Positions 26,201 through 40,540 of a stretch of 64,000 nucleotides of DNA are shown piece by piece. The stretch is taken from positions 12,524,001 to 12,588,000 of the forward strand of contig CM074511.1 in assembly GCA_037379345.1 (NCBI GenBank), given 5' to 3'. Below the pieces are notes generated by a model. That model searched no databases, was not told the DNA's origin, and saw only the letters and a program-made list of their open reading frames with translations. The position numbers and the translations under genes are program-made. Source of the DNA: Perna viridis (lineage: Eukaryota). Within the stretch, counting starts at the first letter, position 1, and each line of letters starts with the position of its first letter.

Positions 26201-29200
26201 TAAGCCTTAGTTAGAGGGCATATCAAATGCATTTCCATTTCTTACAAAAAATAACAGCTGAAAATTAGAAAATATTAGAACTTGTTTCATTCTTCATGCA
26301 TTTATTCCAAACCTTAAGGATTTGTTCTTGTAAATATATGATAAAATTCACCAAAAAGTCTAAGAAGAAAAAGATGATTAAATACCGACAAATTAAAATT
26401 CGGAACTTGATTTAACACCTAATCAAATTGTCTTTAGGAAAAGTGGCTGGATTTCAGAAAGCTTACGCAACGCTTGTTTGAAATGTCAAACTTTAACAAG
26501 GCAATCAGTTTTAGGGAATTACACATAACAAAAGCAATCTAACAAGTTAATCTTCAACAAGATTGAGTTTCCCTTTTGCTCTCTTAAAATTCAAGTTTTC
26601 AGAGCCACCAAGTAAATTAAGCTGAATTGAAGATTTGCATGCAAACAGCAAATTTGTTTTCTTTGTCAGTTTAAAAACTAAACATCAAACAAACAAGTGA
26701 AATACAATGGAATACTACTTGATTTCACAGTATTACTCAACTTTTAGAATGCTTTATGTTCTACTGTACAGACCAATTTCCACTAGGAGGAGGTTCACTC
26801 TTAACAAATTCATTTTTAGTAGAATAATTAACATTTATCAGTAAAAAATGTTTTGAAAATAAACAGACAAAATCATGACCATTTATTCCTGAGTTCTCAA
26901 GAAAAACTGTATCACATTACTGATGATTGATAAATCATGCCATTCTTTACAAAGCTTATCTTGTTTGGATTTTTCTCTATGTTTTTTATTTCATATTTTT
27001 AATGTACTTTACCCGGAGTTATTTGTCCATTACAAATTTGTTTTTTACACCTACTAAAGTCATAAAATCTATGATGCTATCAAATGGTCATCTTTTGGAT
27101 TGGACACAATCTAATGAAGAATGTCTATAATAGGATTACCAAGGGATGTCCGATGATGCAAATGATGAATTATATTACATTTTAAGAAATGTTATAGTCT
27201 AAAAAAGTCCATACAATCAAAGGCCTACACATCTGCACTTCAAAGAAAGCTTTATTTGTGGGAAGTTTTTTTATGTCCCATGGTGACACTTATCAAATAC
27301 TGTCAGAGTTTCAGTTTTTCAGGTCTTGGAATATTCATACGTTCCACTATGACTCAAATAATGTACAACAGATTTCTGATGCTACAAAACAGTTTCATAG
27401 TATAATGCCTAAATAGTGAAGTCAAGTCAAGTCCAGTGACCAAGAATTAAGAGTTATCTCCCTTTTAAATCTTCAAATTTGTTCCAGTATTCATCCCTCG
27501 TACTCAATACTTTGAATGGGTAATGGAAAATAAAACATCACCTGGACACTGAAAGATTAGATACAAATTAATAAAGGAAGTCTATAATAGAATTACTGAG
27601 AGAAGTCTGACAGCCTGACCACAAATATTTTTACATCTAGGAAGTAATTTTGGACTTCTATTTTAGACTATGGTGCCATTATCAATGACAAATCAAGTAA
27701 TATGATTACTGCCTAGAAAATAGATCAAAATGAATTGGATGGATTCTTCCTGTCTGAGTATATTGTTTATTGCCCTGTAAGAATCAAACAGGAAAAGGTG
27801 TGAAAACGATGGCAATGTTGTCAAATGATGAAGGCAACATAGAATGAGTTAAATATATCCCATGTCTCTGACATACTGAGCAATCACAAGGCTTGGCAAT
27901 CAGACTTCCTTAGACCTTTAGATTCTGTAAATGGAAAGTTAACTGAGAAAAAAAAAAACTTCCTTAGTATGTCCCTCACATGTAAATAGAGATCAGAAGC
28001 CTAGAAATATTAAGTAAATCTTAAAAGAAATAGGATAGGAGTCATTGTATCATTTATATTCACTCTTAATAATGTTCCTTGTTTGTTTGATTACAAGATC
28101 AAACATGACAAATCCTCCAAAGAACTTCAGTTGTTATTACACAAAAGTACTTAAACACCACCACACTTTCAGCACATATTCAAAGTCAGGAGTTTCTAGC
28201 CTATGTATGTCTTGTTTCGTTTGCATCTTTAGTTTACTTTTATGTTACTTGAGTATATAGAGGCAATTATTTCGCTGTACCTGTGTATAATGTTGTTTTG
28301 GGGCCAGCTGCAGCCTGCCCTGTGGTTTGAGGGTTTCTTCATTCATTGAAGACCAACAGGTAACTCTTTGACATATTCACTATACCTATTCTTGTTATAA
28401 TTATTAAGTTTCATAATTTATTGTAAACATAAGCTTTTGTAACTTGTATTTCTTTTGGAGAATATTATAATTCTGGCAATGCTTTAAGATACAAAGATGT
28501 ATGAAAAGGAAAGGGAAGAGAGAAAAATAATTAAAATAGTGTTCTACAGGTACAACTAACTAAGCAAGTCTGATATAAACATTTAAAAATAACTGTAGCA
28601 TACTGAAAAACTGTAAGCTAAAACATTGAGCTCAGTTATATACCTCAGAAATTCAGGTGATTATTTCCATCTATTTCTATCGGGTACTTCAGAATAATTA
28701 ATAAAGAAGGAACTTAATACTTTTGTTGTCCATGGGAAATTAGCTGATAAATAAACATGATAGACCATATGTACAAACAATTGTACAATTCTATTAGTAA
28801 CATAGCCAGTGTTTACGCTCTCTTTCTCCTTGCCAATTTTACACCTATTTCATGCAATAATCTGCTTCATGTAAAACGATTAAGGCAAGAAATTTTTTTG
28901 AATGAATTGAATTCATCCATTAATGATTCACCTTCGTTATGGTTGAGGTAAATACAAAAAAAAAATTAATGTCCATAAAATGGCTGTGGTATTTTTTTCT
29001 GTAGTGAAGTCAATATGTTGTGATTCTTTTTTTTTTCTGTTACAGTTGACTTGATTGTTTGATAGATCAAGTTTTGTTATCCATTATGTCTATTATTACA
29101 GTTGTTTTATGAATCAAAGAGTAAAAGTTTGCTTCCTGTAGAATTCAGTAATCTAATTTAGAATAACTGTTGTGAATCTTTGACAAGGTTTCAAGCACCA

Positions 29201-30936
29201 TGACACTGTTTTATGTATTTGTACAATAGCAGATTTTATCTTTTTTATATATCACATTTTTTTTGCTAAACATAGCCTATAACAATTACTTTCTGTTTTT
29301 GAATAGTTTTATTTCTCACAACTTTGACTCATTATCCTGTTCTGACTATATATACACTGTGTTTATGGAAACATTTATACCAAAAGTGTCTTTCTTTTTA
29401 TAAAATTCATCATGGAATAAGTTTCATTAGCAATAATTTACATACTACAATTATTATTAATCAGATAATGTCATTATTACTATGAAGAATCACAATACAA
29501 TGAAATGAGAACAAATACTTCATTTCAAATTGGTGTTTGTCATGAATTATCAAAATCTATTGGGGAAAAATGTAAAAATACACCATGCTTTAGGTGGACA
29601 GAAGTTTGGATGGGATAAGTAATTTGATCTTAATGTACATGGTATTAACGGATTCTGTGAAAACATTAAAAGGATAACAAGTAAAACTTTAAAAATAAAA
29701 AAAATATTTAGATAAATCTAATGTTATAATAGTTCACCACTGTGTAAAAATTGTACATATGTATTTAAAATAGTGGCTCTGATGTAAAAAGGGAAATTAT
29801 TGACAATAATAATATTCCTATGTCATGTATAACTATACTTTTTAAAATTATTCCTACCAAGATTTCAAAAGCAAAAAATTATCAAGATAATATGTCCCTA
29901 AACAATATCTCTAAAACAGACAATTATACAGAATAGGACAGTATATCATACATCTAAACCAATAACTGTTATCACAATTATCAACATTATTGTTTATAAT
30001 ATAGAAATGTTTTAGGAGGCTCATAGTCTGCCTCTAAAGTTATATTATCTCTTAATTAATACCAATATCAAGACAAAAATGTCATACATCTGATTTCCAT
30101 ACCACTTTTATACAAAAGGTAAAGACCTAAAATCTCAATGGACTTCATATTATGGTAAAATCTACCATTAAAGCGCTTATGATTATGCAATGCAAACATT
30201 GAAATGGTTTCTATTGTGTCATCACTTCATTATTATGTCCCAAAAGTTTGTCATCAATTGTGAATTTTTTATAAGTCATGTCTACTATTGATAAGTTTCC
30301 CAAGACAGTCATGATAAATCTGTACATTACATGTATATACAAAAAAAAACAACACCAGTTATTAGTATGAATTTTCTGTTGTGTAAAAAATGATTGTTTC
30401 AATTTAAAAACTGAGACCCTGAATATCTATATGGGTTTAAGAAAAAACAGTCCAGAAAACTGTTAGTTACAGAAGATCATACATGAAACACTAAAAGAAG
30501 AGATAAAGGCATTAAGAAAGATTTAAAAATACAGAACCCCTTTACATCTGGCAAAACAGAAGTAGAAAATAAGCATCACTATTTCATATCATGTTGGTTA
30601 TAACTGGGTCACATATCTAACAAAATTTCTACAGAACATGGCTGCTAACTTTAAGTATCAGTTTAAAACAGGATTATATGAAGGAAACAGGATATACATA
30701 CTATGAGTTCATTGTCATTTTTTTTTTATATGTTCCATATACTTACATATATTTAAGTAGAGTACTGAAGCATGTATGATAAAGCAAAGATAGAGCATTT
30801 TTCTCTACAAAGTCACAATAATCAAATATAAATTGTCTATTATAGAGCATATATTTCCTTGCTAACCTAGAACAAGGTACACATTTAAGTTGTCAGCAGT
30901 GAACAAGGTATGTTTTCAAATATTTTCTGGTTTTAA

Positions 30937-31001
30937 TGTTTGTTTGTTTGTTTGTTGGGGTTTAACGTCCGAGCAGCAATATTTCAGCTAAATTCAGACG
31001 A
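30937..31001 (-). mobile_element. Very short retroposon (SINE/LINE 3' stem-loop plus (AAAC)n tail), 12-bp TSD
   Basis: TSD ttctggttttaa at 30925-30936 and 31002-31013. Insert on the minus strand: tcgtctgaatttagctgaaatattgctgctcggacgttaaacccc aac(aaac)n. Confidence 0.85.
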
Positions 31002-33639
31002 TTCTGGTTTTAAACATGGTATGATTTGGCCAGTGCTATCAGCATAGTTTAACCCAAATAATTTTCAGATGCCATAAGGAGCTGCCTCTGCCTTACAAAA
31101 ATGAATGTCCTTGTGCGATTATCATGTGACCTATATGCAAATCTAAACATATACTGCACCAATTTTGAGAAAACCAAACTGAGAAAGCGTATTCACTCAA
31201 AGTAAACCATTTCTTTTCATTTATAAAAAGTAGGTTTGTCAAAAAGCTGTATAAATCTGTGTCTACAATAATACCTCTAATGAATGACACATGTAATCAC
31301 TGACAAGAGCTCTATAATTGGTTCCTAGTTAAAGTACACAGAAACTGCTAACTGATATATTGTTGAAATTGACATTTTTCTTAAGAGACTAAATGGGCAA
31401 ACATAAGTGAAAAAAAAAAGAAACAGTAATTGAAGAAAGTCAACAACAGGCTGACTGAAAAGAACCAGAAAAGTCTTAACAAGCTATTCATATCAGACAT
31501 TCTGTATGAATTAACACATTTCTTAAGAACTTGACATACTTTAAATACATGACTGGAATAGGTGATATAGAATACTTTGTGAAAGGTTTAGGGTCATAAT
31601 TTCTGCTTCAAGACTTGAAATAGTGAAATATGAAGGTCACAAAACTTTTCTAAAGAGTAATATTCAATTTTAAAAGTTAAATAGAATCATTGGTAAATTT
31701 TTATCAGTCACTAGTCATTGTGATCTTATCAATAAGTATGCATGAAATGGAAAAGGAGCACTTGGATATGAGCAAAATGGTTCTGCAATTTTTACAACCT
31801 CCCCATGCTAAATGAAAATCAAACCCTGAAGTGTAAACAGACAGACAGATACATTTAAATGACAAAAAACTTTGTTAGCTTGGCATTAGTAAGCAACTAA
31901 AACACTTATATCTTCCAGACCTAAGTTAACTCATGGACATCATTTGAAAAAGGTAAATCAAGACGTATAGAGAGAATATTGTGTCTCAAATATGAATCAG
32001 CTGAATGCATTGTTTCTATAAGACACATAGTCAGAGTTGACAGTTTTCTCTGAGGACAGTAAGAAAATTGTAGTAATAAGTAAATTAGACTTAATTCACA
32101 TTAATTCACAATGGTAGTGACATATCAAAGTGGTCCAAAGTCAAAAGAAACACATGAAGATTTCAATTTACATCATTTAGTGGTCTGGTAATAATTATAT
32201 TTACGAGGAGTCAGATTGGAGAGATCTAATTCCCGTCCCTACCAGATGAATAGTTTCTCTGCACAAATACAATAGAAAGTTATCTTGTGAGTGTTTGGAG
32301 TGGTTGTGTCTAGAATTATTCAGAAGTTTATCACAGATACACCATTACAGTGAGAATTTTTGTAATTTAATTCAAGTCAAAATGGATAACACATTTTCTA
32401 GGATGAATTTCCCACACAATAAAGATTAAAAAAAACAAGTTTAAACCAGAACATTTCTTTACCAGTAATTTGATGTTTTCAAATTTATTTACATGTAAGT
32501 TTTAACCAATGTAAAGTTCAGAATGCCACTTAGCTGAATATTTAACTAGCAATTATCAACATGAAATTGAGTGATTGAAAACAACAAACCGCCAATGAAA
32601 ATTGTTTGCTGCATAAAAAATTGGCAGTGATTTTTACGTGTTCCTGTAATCAATGTCCGTCACTGTAACGCTTCTGATTTCCCCAAGGAAACATGGTGGC
32701 GCTGATGTAATTGATTCAGTTTAGAAGATTGTTGAAGTGAAAAGTCACAATGAAAGAGCTTTTAATGTCAGTACAGGAATTTTTACATCATTGTAAGATT
32801 GTAATAAAAAACATTTTGTCAGCATCAGCCAAATCCATAAATAGATATAGATGTACCCATTATGGTAGAAATAATCACTTTTGTTTCACTATCAGATCTC
32901 AGAGGAATCACTGGCCACTGTAATCAAATCTTTTTCCATTAAATACTGATAAAGCAATTCATATATACAGAAGAATCCGAAACCTTCTTTCTTTGCCAGT
33001 CTCCAAGGGACTTCCAAAAGGTACACATAATTATCATTCTTGTTTTAAATAAAAAAATCATTCATTTCTGGATGGGTGAAAGCCCCTACAATTGGCCAAA
33101 ATTTTAATGAATACAGCAAACTTTTTAATGTCAAGACCAAAGTGACAATGCTCAACTCTATCTTTTATTGTTGAAAGTTTTTTTTCTGAATTTTAACATG
33201 TTTTCACTTGCTCAAACACTTTCCAATCAGAAAAATAAAAAGGCAAGCATTTATAAACATTCATATGTCAAGATAATCACATGACCAAATAATATAATAG
33301 TGTATCAGACAGACAGAAAGACATACATATAGACAAAAGCTTTATTGAAGGGGAATAAGTGTAATTTTAACAATATCAGTAACACCAATAGTCTGTAATA
33401 TAAAGCCAACAGACCTAACCCAAGCACAGCTTAAAAAAATAATTGTCATCATCACTTTAATACAGCATACCAATGTTATTTTCTTAATCTAGAGAATATT
33501 GTTCTTCGTAGCTTCAATGTTTCTTCTCTTACCATTTAATTGTTTATTGAATGAGGATTACAAGCCTTATATCATAGTATAAGGAATCAGAAATATTTGA
33601 TGGGTTGTTCATCTCAGAACATAGAAATAACAATAACAG

Positions 33640-35667
33640 TAAGGTCTCTTGGAATTTCCATTGGATATTGTATGTAAACTTAAGGCTTCTTGGAATTTAC
33701 AGTGGATATCATATGTATACCTTAATGCCTCTTGAAATTTCCATTGGATATTGTGTGTATACCTTAAGGCCTCTTGGAATTTCCATTGGATATTGTATGT
33801 ATACCTTTGGCCTCTTGGAATTACCTGAGGATATTGTATGTATACTTTAAGGCCCCTTGGAATTTCCATTGGATATTGTATGTATACCTTAAGGCCTCTT
33901 GGAATTTCCATTGGATATTGTATGTATACCTTAAGGCCTATTGGAATTTCCATTGGATATTGCATGTATACCTTAAGGCCTCTTGGAATTTCCATTAGTT
34001 GTATGTATACCTTGAGGCCTTTTGGAATTTCCATTGGATATTGTATGTATACCTTAAGCATCTTGAAATTTCCATTGGATATTGTATGTATACCTCAAGG
34101 CCTCTTGGAATTTCCATTGGATATTGTATGTATACCTTAAGGCCTCTTGAAATTTCCATTAGTTTTATGTATACCTTAAGGCCTTTTGGAATTTCCATTG
34201 GATATTGTATGTATGTTAGGCCTCTTGGAATTTCCAGTGGATATCAAATGTATACCTTAAGGCCTCTTGGAATTTCCATTGGATATTGTATGTATACCTT
34301 AAGGCCTCTTGGAATTTCCATTACTTGTACGTATACCTTAAGGCCTCTTGGAATTTCCATTGGATATTGTATGTATACCTTAAGGCCTCTTGGAATTTCC
34401 ATTACTTGTATGTATACCTTGAGGCCTTTTGGAATTTCTATTGGATATTGTATCTATACCTTAAGGCCTCTTGGAATTTCCTGAGGATATGGTATGTATA
34501 CTTTAAGGCTTCTTGGAATTTCCAGTGTATATCATATGTACACCTTAAGGCCTCCTGGAATTTCCATTGGATATTGTGTGTATACCGTAAGGTCACTTGG
34601 AATTTCCATTGGATATTGTAAGTATACCTTAAGGCCTCTTGGAATTTCCACTGGATATTGAATGTATACCTAAATGCCTCCTGGAATTTCCATTGGATAT
34701 TGTATGAATACCTTAAGGCCTCTTGGAATTTCCATTAGTTGTATGTATACCTTTAGGCCTCTTGGAATTACCATTGGATATTGAATGTATACCTAAATGC
34801 CTCCTGGAATTTCCATTGGATATTGTATGTATACCTTAAGGCCTCTTGGAATTTCAATTGGATATTGTATGTATACCTTAAGGCCTCTTGGAATTTCTAG
34901 TGTATATCATATGTATACCTAAAGCCTCTTGAAAGTTCAATAGGATATTGTATGTATACATTAATGCTTCCTGGAATTTCCATTGGATATTGTATGTATA
35001 CCTTAAAATCTCTTGGAATTTCCATTGGATATGGTATGTATACCTTAATGCCTCCTGGAATTTCCATTGAATATTGTATGTATACCTTAAGGTCTCTTGG
35101 AATTTCAATTGGATATGGTATGTATACCTTAAGGTCTCTTGGAATTTCCATTGGATATTGTATGTATACCTTAAGGCTTCTTGGAATTTCCATTGGATAT
35201 GGTTTGTATACCTTAAGGTTTCTTGGAATTTCCATTGGATATTGTGTGTATACCTTGTGGCCTTTTGGAATTTCCTTTGGATATTGTATGTATACCTTTA
35301 GGCCTCTTGGAATTTCCATTGGATATTGTATGTATACCTTTAAGCCTCTTGGAATTTCCAGTGGATATCACATGTATACCTTAAGGCCTCTTGGAATTTT
35401 CATTAGATGTATGTATACCTTGAGGCCTTTTAGAATTTCCATTGGATATTGTATGTATACCTTTAGGCCTCTTGGAATTTCCAGTGGATATCACATGTAT
35501 ACCTTAAGGCCTCTTGGAAGTTCCATTAGATGTATGTATACCTTGATGAGGCCTTTTAGAATTTCCATTGGATATTGTATGTATACCTTTGGCCTCTTGG
35601 AATTTCCTGTGGATATTGTATGTATACCTTTGGCCTCTTGGAATTTCCTGAGGATATTGTATGTATA
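33640..35667. repeat. 42-bp minisatellite, ~48 copies (2 kb), with 39-bp variants
   Basis: Unit ccttaaggcctcttggaatttccattggatattgtatgtata. It explains all LRPLGISIGYCMYT-type ORFs. Confidence 0.98.
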
Positions 35668-36665
35668 GCAAACTGTAAGAGGATTACACAAGATAAAAAT
35701 GAAAATAACAGAACCAAGACATTTTTATGTCTTATTACATATCCATTTATTCCTGGTGCATCTATCCCAGATTCATTTAATTCATCTTTACATTCCATGT
35801 AATCCATGAATTCAAGTCAAAGCAAGAAATCAAGTCTATAAATCAACTGGGTCACAGTTACACCAAGCTCAAGTTTGAATGATAACACATTTTATTGACA
35901 CAATGAAAGGACATATAAGGTTTGAGGCAATGTACTCTCTACTAACAAGCAATTTTAAGATGAAGAGCAAATGAGGCTTTCATTCTCCTTCATCAGAGTA
36001 CAAAAGCATGAAATTTCTGTGTATCAGACTTCAGTAGGAAGAAGAAAAGAAACCCCAAGAACTGGACCAATTAATCTATTTTTATGGGAAACCATCTCAT
36101 TTACTATTATCATTTCTGAATGGCATTTCACCAAGAAAACAGCTTCATAGTATAATACCAAATTTGACTTATAATTTACGGCACATTTCAATATTCCCTT
36201 ATTAGTTAATTATTCGTATAAAAGACATAATCCAGAAACCATAATTGTAGTTTTCACATGTTGAGTTAGAACTGGGCAAATTGACACTGTTATACAAACC
36301 ACTGAGAACTAATTGACTATTCTACAACTCCCTTGTCAGTAGTGCACTATGTCAAAATTAGCACTTACTACAGGCAACTATTGTCTTCTATGGCATACTG
36401 CAATATATTGTATGGAATGGTTTCAAGGATTGGTATACTAGATGATTCAGTATAAAGCATAGCATAAGGCTTTTCATACAACATAATAATCCTACCATCC
36501 ACCATACAATAATTGACAATTTGCTTGTATTTCAAAAGGACTCATATCACCAAAATGTATTTGTAAAATATAGTAGAAATGAGACTAGTTTGTTGCAGTA
36601 AATGTAATATATTGTTAATGAGGTTTTGCAGATTGAGCTAAATTGATGATTTTATTCTATTTCAG

Positions 36666-36741
36666 AAGCACTTTATTACAAGTCAAGACCCTACAGACAA
36701 ACAAGTTCTCAAATTAATCACCTGGAACAAATCAAAAACAG
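36666..36741 (+). other. Candidate 76-nt internal exon, possibly GPCR 5' UTR
   Basis: ttttattctatttcag|AAGCAC...AAACAG|gtaggt. The exon has no ATG. Confidence 0.4.
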
Positions 36742-37350
36742 GTAGGTAACTCTCAAATCTTTATTCTTTTTTTATTTCAATATAAAATGCTCTGCATAGT
36801 GATTCAAATATTGACAAGTAAGAGATCAGTTATGTCAGTATCTCCCTTAGAATTGAAGTATTCCTTGTCTGTATCCAGCAACTATAATCAGCATGAACTT
36901 GTAATTACCCAGTTATATACCTCTGATATACAATTTTCCACCATCTACATCATCTTATCAGTTAATTCACTACAAACAAAAGTTAATGAAGTCTAATGAC
37001 CACCTATGTAAACCATGCCTGCTATGTGCAACCAGAACAGCATTTAACAACATACTACATGCATGATCTTTATAAAGCTGATTTAAATTTTAAAGAACAC
37101 CATGATGTATACAAAATGTTCTAACCTGAATTTTATTTGTTTAAAAGGTGTGAACTAATGTTTACTCTATAATCAGGTTACTAGGTACTTACTTTCTAAG
37201 AAAAACATTTCACAGAAAATTGCTGTGAAAAACACCCAACCCAAAAGTAATAAAAAACAATTCTTAAAGTTGTCGATTTATTAGATTTGTATTCAGTTGT
37301 TAGGAGACAAAAAAACATCAAAATATAGATACAGCTGTAAAACATCAAAA

Positions 37351-37420
37351 TATAGGTACAGGTGTAGCTGAAGTATAGGTACAGGTGTAGCTGAAGTATA
37401 GGTATAGGTGTAGCTTAAGT
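37351..37420. repeat. 23-bp tandem repeat x3
   Basis: tataggtacaggtgtagctgaag. Confidence 0.85.
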
Positions 37421-40237
37421 TTTATCCACAGATTCTCACAAGAAATAAGACCAAAACAGGGTTGATCACTATATTGTGTTCAGTTCATCTAAACAGATAA
37501 TCTACTTAACCTACTGTTACAAGCCCTTTATCCCATGATTATAAACCCAAATGGCTAATATATAAACATCATTATGCTCCACAAAAGTTATTTTTTTCTT
37601 CAGCAGTTTGAACATCAATCTTTTAAAAGAAGGTTGTCATGGAACCCCATTACTTATTTTGTCTATCATTCAAATTGAAATCAGTTTAAATTTTCACTAA
37701 CACATAATGAAATAGACTAGGTTTTGTTACCATCAATAATGTATAAAATTTTAGAAATCTCACTCTTTGCCAGGCACTGTAAAAAAAAAAGCAGAACAAC
37801 TTCTAAAAACCCCTGCTGATTTATACAAGGTTGGAACCTTGAACATGGTTCAATCTGCTACCATTGTGAAAGTTTTTAACAGCTTAAATTGGAAAATCAA
37901 ATGATGAATTATTTTTGTATCAAACACTCCCCATGCACTAATTTGCAAAATGTCATGCTGATGGCACTTCATTCTACATAGTGTGAGATTTTCATTAAGA
38001 TATTTATAAGCCAATATCTACCAACTACTGTGTTTATAGCTATTTACTGAAGAATGGTTGCACTACCAATTCTAATTTCAAGTTTGTTTCTGCCTTCAAG
38101 ATTATATAATCTGCTCAATTGTTAATGTTGAAAGATAAAGATTAAGCAAGGATGACACATATTCAATCTACTATGGAATTGATTCTTCTCATTCGTCAAT
38201 GTGTGAAGCTTTACCATTATACAGATATAAAACAGCTAAACTCATTGATTCATGTGGAAAATTGAAACAAAAAATGGAAATTAATTTAAAATTTCATGTA
38301 TGTCAAGGAGATTTCCCTATACAACAAATTCATTTGTATTTTTTTAGACTAATAGCACACAGAGCTTTTTTGTTGACATATTCATTAATTCATTTACATC
38401 AAAAATAAAGATGGTGGGGGTCCTGAGAATTGAATCAGTAAAATCTTTTGACATTCTGAAGTATGATTTAATTATCAGGGTATGTATATATAAGGTTGAG
38501 ACAAGACCTTACAGTATATCTCATATTATCAGGAATGTCCTTAATACAAAGCTGTGAAAATGGGATTTTGTTTGTATAAAACCATAGGACAGCCCTATTT
38601 TTTATTCATTTTTTATTGGGGGGGGGTTTAATTATTAATTTTTGTTTTTGTTTTTGGCTGGCTATCCATAAATTATACCGGTATTTGTATTGTACATTGT
38701 AGCAAAATCATCACTTGAACTTTAGAATAAATGAAACAGCAAATTCCCAGTTCACAAGACTTAGTCTATCAGTTTTAACCCTGGATAATGTCATTTGTTC
38801 TGTAGCAGGACAATAATGTGAGGATGGTCAACATAATAATAATGTTTACACCTCTCAACATCCTATTATATTGAGTATAACCAGACCATCTCTATATCCC
38901 TAAAGCTAAAGTATCCTACTAACAAATTCATTAATTCACAAGTTGCTCAACAAAGATTTCATCTTTCTTTTCTAATTCATCTATTAAGATGACTTCAGCT
39001 CCCAGCAATAGAGTTATTTCCCTTTAAACACACTTTCTTAGATATCTTTAAGGTGTTAAGTTAATCAATATTTGACAACATATTGAATAATTTTCAATTA
39101 AACCAATTTTGAACATCTGTTAAATGAAACAGATGTTTATGTTAATATCAATTTCATTCCTTATGAAATCAACCAATGAAATACAATTTCCTTGTAAGGA
39201 ATATTTTAAAGGAATACTTGACAATAGTACTTTTACACTACCTCAGCAGATGAAGCTTTCAAAGACAGAGATCTCTAGTGATACCAAAAGGACATATGAC
39301 ATAGAGTCCTTCCATTAATTACTTTCAGTAATAGAAGCAAACCGCATACTCATTAACATTCTGTCTGCAGCAGCTGATTAATTACATCATAATTACAATG
39401 TCACTCATTCTTCCTATTGGAAAATATTGCAGACCATCAGCTTTCAGGAAAGAAAAAAATTAAGTGAAAATTTGAGAGATTTAATCAGGGAGTAAATCAT
39501 AACACATGTCTACAAATAAATTCACAACCAAAAGTCAAAAGTAAAAAAAAAAAATTGGAGGTACATGTATTCTGTTTTTTGTTTGTGTTTTTTTCTGGTT
39601 ATTTAATCATTGAGTTTGTTTTAATTACTTACTTATGAACAAACTAGTTTAACATTCATTATGTAAATGTCCAGACCTAACACATGGGACTAGATGCTGA
39701 AACAAGTGTAATCAAAGCTGTTATCTGTGACAAAAATCATCTACAAAAACCTTTATTGTAATTACTATCATGCTAAAGTCCCATAAACCAGTTTTAAATA
39801 GGCCATCTTAATCTGCCATCATATTGGAATGAGTTAACAAACAAGACTATCCCTAAACTACCAAAGATAAGAGATAAGTACAAAAAGTTTTAACATGTGA
39901 AGCATCCCCTTTACATCAATATACCTTTTTAAGTTGTACCAATGAATTTAGATTGACACAGAAATTAATCTAACTAGAATAGCAGTGAGCCCGATGGGAT
40001 GGGACAAGATATTGTTTTTAATATCCTTGACTATCCTGTCTGGTCTCACATGAAGATTTTGTCAAGAGTCACGAATGGTGTTGTCCTTTTTTTAATTATG
40101 TCACATTTCAATCGAAATAAATTATAATGTCCATGAATGTGTGCAGTCACATGGTCTTGAAAATAACACACAGGTACAAACCATCTGCATGAATGAAAGA
40201 ATCATTCATAATTAAAAAAATAAAGCTGCTGGTTCTA

Positions 40238-40540
40238 AAAGTAATCAAGAGAACCAAGATTCTAGCAGAAATCAAAAGAATGTAATCCAGGGACAAAGAC
40301 CAGACATGGAAAACAGACATGCACAACAAAGAACATAAAGTAACTAAATAAAATCATACATACAAAGTAACAAAAGTAAATGAGCAACTCAGACTCCACT
40401 AAAAACTGGGAGCATGGACCAGGTGCACCGGTAGAGTAAGTGTCCTCTGCTTTTCTAGAAACACCGGCTGAATTGCTCATAAAAAGTCAAGTCCGGGGTA
40501 GACGAAAGAGGAAAAGAAAACTATGACATGTTGAACAAAT
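40238..40540 (-). mobile_element. Second, shorter copy of the Penelope-like element 3' end
   Basis: The reverse complement aligns to ~54512-54812, from the last RT codons (ttcaac.tgtcatag) through the whole 3' region. It gives the same spurious ORF MSNSAGVSRKAED. Confidence 0.9.

Noticed and set aside
33605-35807. Many overlapping ORFs up to 238 aa
   Set aside because: They are translations of the 42-bp satellite on both strands, with frameshifts and stops.
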